Below, in pieces: positions 55,123 through 64,000 of a stretch of DNA of 64,000 nt. The notes under the pieces were generated by a model, which saw only the letters and a list, made by a program, of their open reading frames with translations, did no database searches and was not told the origin of the DNA. The stretch lies in NCBI GenBank assembly GCA_050084985.1, contig JBITNC010000001.1, positions 11,098,001 to 11,162,000 of the forward strand, given 5' to 3'. Position 1 is the stretch's first letter. Every line of letters begins with the position of its first letter. The translations under genes and the position numbers were made by a program. This stretch comes from Nageia nagi (taxonomy: Eukaryota; Plantae; Pinophyta).

Positions 55123-57140
55123 GTAGTGAATCTAAGGGCTGGTATAAAATCACTAAAATAAGGCTCACAAAATTTTCTAAAATTAATAAAAAATTATAAT
55201 TAAGCTGCTCATGTACTTACAGTACCCAAAATTCCCTACTCTCACTCAAAAAATGTAGAAACCCAACCTTAGATGCAATATATTAATGCCAAAACCCAAT
55301 GTTTAAACATGCCAGATATCATTAATTAAGCTCAAATAATGCCAATTCTTGATGCCAACTTAAATTTTGAGTAGATATAACATAATAACAAGAATTACCA
55401 TCCATAAATTCAATGCTTAGGCCTAAGGATGATCTAACATCCAATAACAAGTGCATAAACTCAGAAACAAACCCTTACTATGCAATTCTTGGTAGCTAGG
55501 GCAAGATATTAAGCAATAACATAAGTAAATTGAGCCATAAATGTTATTTGAACAATATTACAATGAGAACTAAAGTACATGCCCTTACTTATAGATCAAG
55601 CATTACCTAAGGAAGATTCCATAGTTATTTATGAGTTTTTGAATAAGAAAATACTTAGCAGTGACAAGGTTTGTACCAAGGCTTCCTCTTCCAATGAGCT
55701 ATGGTGGAGACTCCAAGTTCCTCCTAGTAGTGTTAAGATAATCGAAGGTAATGCCAACACCCTTGGATAGCTAGTTGTGTCCTTTGAGGGATTTATTTCT
55801 TAAAGTAGCAATCTATTAAGTCTTGAAGCTTTATTAGACTTCAAGTACCTCCAAGTGGGTTTTCATCCACAAGGGTAGAAACAAAGCTGACATCATACAT
55901 CTAGTGTAAAAGAGAGAAGTAATAATCAAGCATATCCAAATGAGTTTAAAGATCATCCTTTTATAGCCTCTGAAAGATTTTTTCCTACACCCATTCAAGA
56001 TGCATTGGGATGCTCAAGATCAAGTTGTATGGTCCATATTCACCCATAGGATGAGATGTCACATCATGGGATACCTTGGGATCCATAAAATCTTATCCAA
56101 TGATGTAAGAATGCTCTTCTAGATGTAACATCTCTCTTTTGGTATCTTATATGCCTCAGATTAGTTTTACCTTCCCAAATCATCATGCTTTACCTCTAGT
56201 GGATCATCCAACTTAGAGGGGAGCTAAATTACATTTAGAGGTTTATAAGTAGCTCATGATGATAAATTACAATCATCAAGGCTAGGAATATGCAATGCCT
56301 CTCTAGAAAAGACTAATATTGCATTTACAATTAAAATATGTATTGACATTACAAATTACAATATTACTTGGCAATTGAAGTGGCCCACATATTTGCACAT
56401 ATTAAGATAATTAAAATAACCATAAATAATTCTTGTAGTCTAACATCCCATGCTGGAGAGCCTCCAAGTGGATCTTTACATAGAAAATGCCCATAATATT
56501 ATCGATATTATCACAATATTTCTAAATTTACTCTTAAGCTACTAAAATAAACTTGAATAACTAAGAAAGCATAATGAGGATGAACTCCCACTTTAATATT
56601 AGAGTGAGTGTGATGTCAAAATTTGGGAATATTACAAATTATCCCCTCCCAAATTGCTTATCCCCAAGCAATTCGAAGTTATGAGTGAAGAATTCTTGAT
56701 CATGCCTTTGTTGGCTGTGATGATGTTAGTACATTCCCAAGTAGCTTATTCCTTTGGTAGTCCTTTCTATTTGACTCAAACCTCATCAATGACTTGATTT
56801 CTTAGCTATTTATTTATGGAATCAAATATATTTTTTGTAAACCATATCAAATTTCCCTTTCTATCAATTGGTGGTAGTTTTGATAAGGAAGTAATCCTTG
56901 TGTCTAGGTTTTTCTTTAAGCAAGAAATATGAAATACATGGTGAAGATCATTTTTAGGTGGAAACCTCAACTCATAATGGTCATATTTATCCTTTTGTAA
57001 AATTTTGAAAGGTACATAATAATGCATCTTGTGCTTATCAGGTTTCCTTCTCTTAGTGGGGGAGATCATGTATGTTTGCAAACTAAGATATACCCATTCT
57101 CTAACTATGAATCCTTCTTTATCATGTGATGGTTTCAAAT
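55123..57140 (-). mobile_element. Gypsy chromovirus 3' fragment (integrase tail/chromodomain, PPT, long 3' LTR)
   Basis: WVYLSLQTY...YYVPFKILQK...YELRFP...HHVFHISCLKK; PPT GGGAGGGGAT at ~56641-56650; LTR begins TGTAATATTCCC at 56636. The left end is approximate. Confidence 0.8.
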
Positions 57141-57522
57141 AGTCTTACTATGTTTTGAGTGGATACTTTATGGGTATAGTAAGGTTCTCTTCATAGGCTT
57201 TTAGGGTTCTTCAATCATTCTCCCTTGGTGATTTTCCTAATCATGTGTGCAATCATCTTCCTTGCTAGGTATAAAGGGGCTATCTTTCCTTTCATCATTT
57301 TTGTATCTTCTCTGTAGCCACTTGAGCCATTAGATCATTATTTGTATGTATTTACTCAAACTTATTGATCTTTATTGATTTCTTTCCAACCATCCCAAGA
57401 TTCTTTGAAATTTTTTTAGGCTCATGATAACCCATGAGTCTTTGGTCAAATTGATATGCTCTCTTACATTTCCTAATTCTTTAGTGCTCATAGCTAGTAG
57501 AGGAGTCATGCATGGGTATTAT

Positions 57523-58036
57523 TGTTGTATAAGTATAAAAAATGATTTATTATTTATTCATAAATTATATTTTAAGTATCTAAGCCATTATTTTTAAATC
57601 ATGCAAATATCTATGATATCAAGACTAATATGGTAATTAAATACTAAACTTGTGTTAATCAATGTTAATCTTTAATCATGTTTAAATCTAAAATTATCTT
57701 GAGAATATCATTAATATTTAATGTTCTTATATAATTTTATTGAAATGATTATTATTATTCCAAAGTTAGCTTTCACTCTTTCTTTTGTCTTTGTAGCTAT
57801 AAAAGGAGGTGCACAACATAATAAACCCTATTGGATCTCTTTGATAGGTGGTTGTCCATACATTGGCTACACTACACTTATAGTGTCTCTAAATTCCACC
57901 TATATGAGAATATGTTATGCTATGAGCTTTATCTACTTGCTATCTCTTTCATACATCCTAAATCTACAGGTTTTGGGGTTTTCACATTGTGGAGAAGATT
58001 GTTGACATGATATTCGTATCGTACTTCCTTACGATA
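57523..58036 (+). repeat. LTR-like repeat, inverted partner of 54030-54539
   Basis: TGTTGTAT start; CTATAAAAGGAGG TATA region; cut by an insertion at 58037. Confidence 0.75.
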
Positions 58037-59789
58037 TGTTATAACCCCATAACATGTTATTTATGTTATATTATTATTTATACCACATGTAATAGATTTT
58101 AAATATGAAGGATAAAAAAGGGCTATTTATATGTGTCCCTTCCTATTGTAATAATCAAACAAGAAATTTAATTCATTTAAGGAGACAACTTGTTCTCTAG
58201 GAGGTGCCTCCTTCGAAGTGGTGCAAGCGATTCAGTTAATTAAATAAATGGTATTTGTAATGGTTATGCATATTTGAATGGTATTTTCATATTGGAGTGA
58301 TTTTATGTGCATTTTTGAGTAATCTAGTTATTATGAAATAGTGGGTTCTTAATAACTGGTATCAGAGCAAGGTCTTAGCACTTGTGGGTTTGGAGAAGTT
58401 GAAGGGTTTTTATTTTGGTTAGCTCAAATTGGATCAATTATAGATCACACATATGGATGAATATTTTTCTAAAAGTTTTAAGATTTATGGATAATAATGT
58501 ATGGAAGGCTCAATTAAAATTTTAGGTGTTTTGGATCTCATTTCCATATTATATAAGCATTTCATTTTTTGCAATAAAGTGGTTGTATAAGGTGAAATAA
58601 GGAGTTTTTGCTTTTTAAAGTTTTGTATCTATAAGATAATAATTATTTCAAAATTTGAGATCATTTGGATCTGTATTGGTTGATTTGTGAGAAGATTTGT
58701 GTTTACCCTTAAAAACCCTAGATGTAGAATTATGAAAAAAGGGAAATAGTATTTTATCATATCTTTTTCATCCTTATGAGTTTGCTATTGAAATTTTAAG
58801 GTTTTTTAATATTTTTATTGCAAGAGTACAAAAATTAAATTTTAGAATGTTTGGAGTTATATTGGATATTTTGTAAGAAGAGCATTATGATCTCCTTATA
58901 AATGCTCTAAGATCTAGGAGTAATAATAAATCAATCATATATTTTTCATCCATTCAAATTTGCTTATGAAATTTTGTGGGTTTTAATATATTAGTATTGT
59001 AAGTGTTCAAAAATAATTTTAGGCTATTTTAAAGAGAATTATTTGATTTATGATAAAGTTAGTGATTGTAATTTTGATAAATAAAGGGGAAAAGGTGAAT
59101 GGAACAATATAAGGATGAAGAGGATATTAATAAAATTTAGGAAATACTTGAAAACGATAATAGTGAATTTCATGACATGTTTAATTACCTAATTAATATA
59201 ATAACCACTCTTAAGGAGAAACTTAATTTTTCTTATTAAGACCTTCATGGGTTTATTATTGAGGAGTCAGTTTCTTTGAATGTTAAGGAGCATGATGTAG
59301 AGTGTGAGGACCTTCCTCTCATTTGTATTAGTGCAAATGATGTGGATCCAATTTCTTCAAGTTTATTAGAGCATGTTGTAGTGTGTGAGGATATCCTTGT
59401 CACTTATATTAGCATGGATATGGTAGAGCAACAAGATTTCATAGAGTATTCATGTCATGATTTCAGAGTGTAATAGATAGACTTAAGAGCATCGTAAGAG
59501 GATTTTAGAATGCAAAAAAAATATGGTGGTTTATTTATTGATTCTTTTGGATCATTCTTTTTATTTCCCACTCCTTAAAATCAATATTATCATTACCTTG
59601 GTGGGATTTTGATACTTATATGGTCTCCTATTCAAATTTGGCATATTGTTGGCTACTTTGGATGAGTTGGATTCCTTTTCTCTTTGCTCTCTATTATTTA
59701 TGGAGTGATTGTACTTTGTATTTTGGAAATATTTAAGGACAATGCTTTTCAAAGGGATTGGCAATGTAATGAACCTCCTTTGTAGATTA
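58037..59789 (+). mobile_element. Non-autonomous LTR element (LTR, Met PBS, non-coding interior, PPT), 3' LTR interrupted by Copia copy C
   Basis: TGTTATAACCC...GGGTTCTTAATA at 58037-58354; TGGTATCAGAGC at 58357-58368; AAGGGATTGGCAA followed by TGTAATGAACC at 59765. Confidence 0.6.
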
Positions 59790-62700
59790 TGTTAGAATGT
59801 ATAATGCATTATTGTAAAGGTTATGTAATAATTTTCTATGTAAGTTCACTAATACTTAAGGGTATCATTTGATACCTTAAGTATTTAAGTGAATATGATA
59901 ATGTAACTTGACCTACACTTCATGTCATGATCATGCCCATTGGGTAAAAGGATGTGCATGTCATGCTTTTGTACATTAGATAAAAGGGGATCCAAAGAAG
60001 GATTTTGGCCTATAAATAGAAGGATCCATCTTTGTGATTACACACCAATTTATGGAGTAAAGCTATGCTATAGGATAGTGTTTAGGAGATGAGTTAGGAG
60101 GATTGTAAGAGAGTTGTATTTGTGATTGAAGTAAAGATCTAGTTAGTGGATGTACTCTTAGTTGGAGGAACCACTTACATCTTGTGTTACATTATGAGAT
60201 TGCTTTGTGAGTTTGTTAGATGTGTATTGTGAGCTTTCATGTGATCTTGGGAGTTTAAAGTTGTTCATGTTAAAATTCAATCCTTTCATTTGGTATCAGA
60301 GCCCCTTGGAGGCTCCTCTTCACTTCCTTGGTTTGGAAACTCATCTTCAACTTGGAGGTCTTCATACTTCATCCTAATCTTCATTAGTGAGGTAAAACTA
60401 TTTCAAGGTATAACCTCCTATTTTTTTTGATACTAATACCTCTTTTATGTGTTACAACTTCTCATTGAAAATTTGTGTATCATTATATTGCTATGCAATT
60501 TTTTTATTAACATGCCTTATTGTTAGTTGCAATTTTTGGGTAAAAATTACTTAAAGTAGCAATATATTATGATGCGATTTTTTTTCTTATACTAATATAC
60601 CTTATTGTTAGTAGCAATTTTAAAATTGTCTATTATATTACTATAATTTTTGCATATCTTTAATTTAAAGATTTTTTCTAGTATATCAAAATGTTTAGTT
60701 ATATATATATATATATACTACATTTTTTTTTCAAATTATATATGAAATTTTTTAATAAAAGTTGTATATATTTGGAATTGTTTTCCAATATATATGTTTT
60801 TTTTAATAAAACAAACTAACTTAAAAAGGGGGGGTGTTTATAGTATAAATCAAATCAAATATATAGGATGGTTTTGTGGACTCCAATTTTGTTATGAAGC
60901 TCTTTTTTAAAGATTTTGAGGGTTTTAAGAGTAGAGAGAAGCCTATAATCATGCCCTGAAAGCCTTATGCTTGTCAAACATAGCCTCTTCTTTCCTAAGC
61001 TCCAGAACTTTGATCTCATAAAATGTATTCAATTTGTTGAGCTATTCACACTCCCTCTACCACCATCAATAATATGGTCTCATAGTGATGTTTCCCATCC
61101 TCCTTTGTCTTTCACCAGTAAGAACTCTTCTTCATTAGGAGGGAAGTAGTTATAGTTGTTGTCATTTTTCATGAGATCATAATAGATTGTGAAGTAGGAC
61201 ATTTGGGGAGTGCAAACACTGTCATGGTTCTTCACCTCATTTTCTTCATGAGTGCTTTAGAGGTTTTCAAGCTGAACCTTACTAAGAACTAGCTCTCCAA
61301 AAATATCCCATCGATAGTACAAAATCTTTAGAGCCTGCAGTTCTTGAACTTGAATGAAAATCTTTGATGCCAGATTTGTTGGGGTCGATGCAAAACCTAA
61401 CATTCCTATACCTTTTGATGAACAATTTTCATTAGCCTAATACTAGTGATCTTAGGAAATCTTTTGGCATTTGGACTTTCTCCCTTGCTCATCGGGAAAA
61501 CCCATTCCTCACTTAGTCACCTCCTTTGGCACCCACTGTGGCATTAAATCTCTCTCAGAACCCACATAGATAACTCCTATGCAATGCCTTCTCTAGTTTT
61601 TTTCCTCTCTCTTACCTAGGAATTAAAAGGGGGGTCCACATTTAATATTATTTATTGATGCATTCAATTTAATTTGTTACTTGCAAGCCACTTAGAAGCA
61701 ACGTATACCATTTTTAAGCATTTAATTCATTTTTACTTACTTGCAAGCAACCTTTTTTTAAATGCTCTTAGCAACTCTTATACTCCAAGTTTTTAAGGCT
61801 TTGTCATTATTGGCATTATTACATTACTTTAGAGTAAAAAGATGGTAAAAAATGCATTATTACTATTAAATGCCATCATTTAAAATTGTTTTGAGTATAA
61901 TTTTTTTAACTTATAAAAAATAAAAAGGGGAAGAGGGAATACTACTTCTTTAATGCTATTAAGAAAAATTATAGAGTATTTACTTAAAATTAGAATGGAT
62001 TTATACTTAGAATTTTTAGTATGCAAAATATTTTTAAGGATAAAGTATTAAGTTAAGCTAAGTATGCTATCTTTAGAGGTACAAATTTAAGTGAAAAGGG
62101 AGAATTTGTATGAATTTTTTTACTTAAAGTTTAATGCATGTTGCTTGCTTAAAGTTTTTAAGTTAAATGCTTAGAGCTTATATTTTTTAAATTAAAATAA
62201 TGCATTCTTTTGATAAGTACTTATGTTTCGTACTTAAACATTTATGTTAAAATGATGCATGCTTATGCTTAGTACTTAATTTTTTTAAGTTAAAATGATG
62301 CATGCTTATGCTTAGTACTTACTTTTTTAAAGTACAAGCTTATTACTTAAAAACTTAAGTTATGATACAATTTACTTCCTTATGCAAGAATAGACTTGTG
62401 CAAAAATTAGGAATGATATAAAAGATGTCCTTTAGGGGTTGGCAAACAAAACCCATTGGACACTTAGGTTTCAAATTTTGAATGGATAATGTTTTACTTA
62501 TACTTTTTTACTTCATGTTTCACATTTTGATTTATTTACTTATGCAAATAAAAACACAAACATTGAAATGAGCAACCACCTAAAATGAACACATCTCCAT
62601 GTACATTTTGCAACATGACTTGTTTGGAGAGCCATGAGATGAGAATAGGAGGATTGAAGCCTTTAAGTCTAATGATTCAAATGGTGAAAAGTTCATACTT

Positions 62701-64000
62701 CTTAATTGCCTCTAAGTCCTCTATTGGTTTGGACATAACTCCAATAGATGGATAGGCATGTTGTAGTGATACCACATGTCTACATGTCTATTCAAGGATT
62801 ATCCTAATAACGTAAGAGGCAAAATTGAAACCTAATCAAGATTAATAATTTGGTTGATCCAATAAATATCATAACCTTGGAAAAAATAGGTACTTCTCTT
62901 TGTGAGAAAGTATAAAATTAACTAAGGTGAAATGGTTGAGAATTGGTAGCACTTGGGCTCCTCTTGTGTGGGCATCTAGGTGAAGACCTAATTTTAGATA
63001 AGATAACAAGCCTCAATAATGTCATTCTATGTTTACAGTTCTTGAGAAGAGAAATGTATTTGGGTACATGGGTTATTATTTGAGTTGTAAAATATTTGCA
63101 CTTATGAATCAAATCAAGCATGACTATAGTGTTAAATTTAACATGTATTATTTACTTGATTAAAACTTAACATTTAATGTTATTTATTAAACCACATGCT
63201 TATTATTTTTTTCACATTTTTGTGGAGTAAATGGGAGAATATTTTTTACTCAAACACATTCTTAATGGTTCCAACTTTGGTATTTGAGAACCTTGGATGA
63301 GAGTTGAATTACAAGCAAAGAAGCTTTAGTAAATAGTGAAGTAAAACCTTGTACCTCCTACAGATGAGAAGGAACTAGAGGCTTACAATACAAAGAATGA
63401 GTTGGCAACCTCCATGATCTTCTATGCAATTCCAGATGATGTACTTTTGATGATTTTCTCTTCAACCTTGGAAAATGATGCTTGGGATAAGCTTAAGCAA
63501 ATCCACCTTGGTTCAAAAATTTTAAGAAGGTTTACCCTTCTCCAAAAGTTGCTTCAATCTCATCAAGAGGAAGATGAAAATGTTACCATATACTTGAATA
63601 AAATCATTGATCTAAGGATCCAACTTGTTGCTTGTGGGTGTAATTATATCAATAATCAATTCATGGTCTTCATCATTCTTCAAAGCCTTTCTTCAAAGTT
63701 TAGAAATTTTGTAACAATTATAGAAATAAGGCTTGATGATGAAGAAGAAGTCTTTTCCCTTAATAACCTTTCTAGGCACCTTTTGAAGTATGAGAAAACC
63801 CTTAATAATAAGATGTTGATATCTTCTCTTAAGGATAATAATGTTGCTCTTAAAACAACCAAAACTCCTTTCAAGAAGAAGTTCAACTATCAAAAGAAAT
63901 CTTATCCTTATTCTTCTTAAAGGTTTGAGAAAAGAGGCAATGGTTACAATAACAACAGGAGCAATAGAAACAATAACCATAGTAGCAGGAACAATGATAA
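59790..64000 (+). mobile_element. Ty1/Copia long-leader family copy C (runs off the window)
   Basis: LTR TGTTAG...TTTCA at 59790-60288; PBS at 60291-60302; gag from ATG 63231 (LNGSNFGI*EPWMRVELQAKKL; UBN2-like ORF 63402-63920), homologous to 45-721. Confidence 0.92.
60949..61295 (-). pseudogene. PHO1-family SPX-domain-like gene fragment inside the Copia copy C leader
   Basis: Manual translation ...PQMSYFTIYYDLMKN...EEEFLLVKDKGGWETSL*DHIIDGGR/ECE*LNKLNTFYEIKVLELRKEEAMFDKHKAFR resembles the recalled PHO1;H SPX segment ILV..[38 protein letters not shown]..AFR. Confidence 0.55.

Overview
AT-rich plant nuclear DNA. The very long TE-filled intron and old nested LTR elements suggest a large-genome seed plant such as a gymnosperm (inference). 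The window holds one host gene, the minus-strand chloroplast Tat translocase subunit TatB/HCF106: complement(join(8564..8661,8817..8900,9049..9150,9317..9418,12630..12753,13036..13095,30246..30367,31694..31934)), about 310 aa, with a 17.15-kb intron 2 and a tandemly triplicated phase-1 exon in its acidic tail. The rest is decayed, nested transposons: three copies of one Copia family, other Copia pieces, chromovirus-type Gypsy elements, a full-length Tat-clade Gypsy (extra RNase H, tRNA-Trp PBS), solo LTRs, a hAT MITE and an L1 LINE. There is a 100-N gap at 33363-33462. Main observations: (1) the three Copia copies share a putative ~2.7-2.8 kb leader intron with a variable central slot, which in one copy holds an antisense PHO1/SPX-like gene fragment; (2) the TatB exon triplication; (3) an LTR element flanked by a 534-bp duplication instead of a 5-bp TSD. 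All alignments and translations were done by eye, and family assignments rest on recalled motifs rather than searches.
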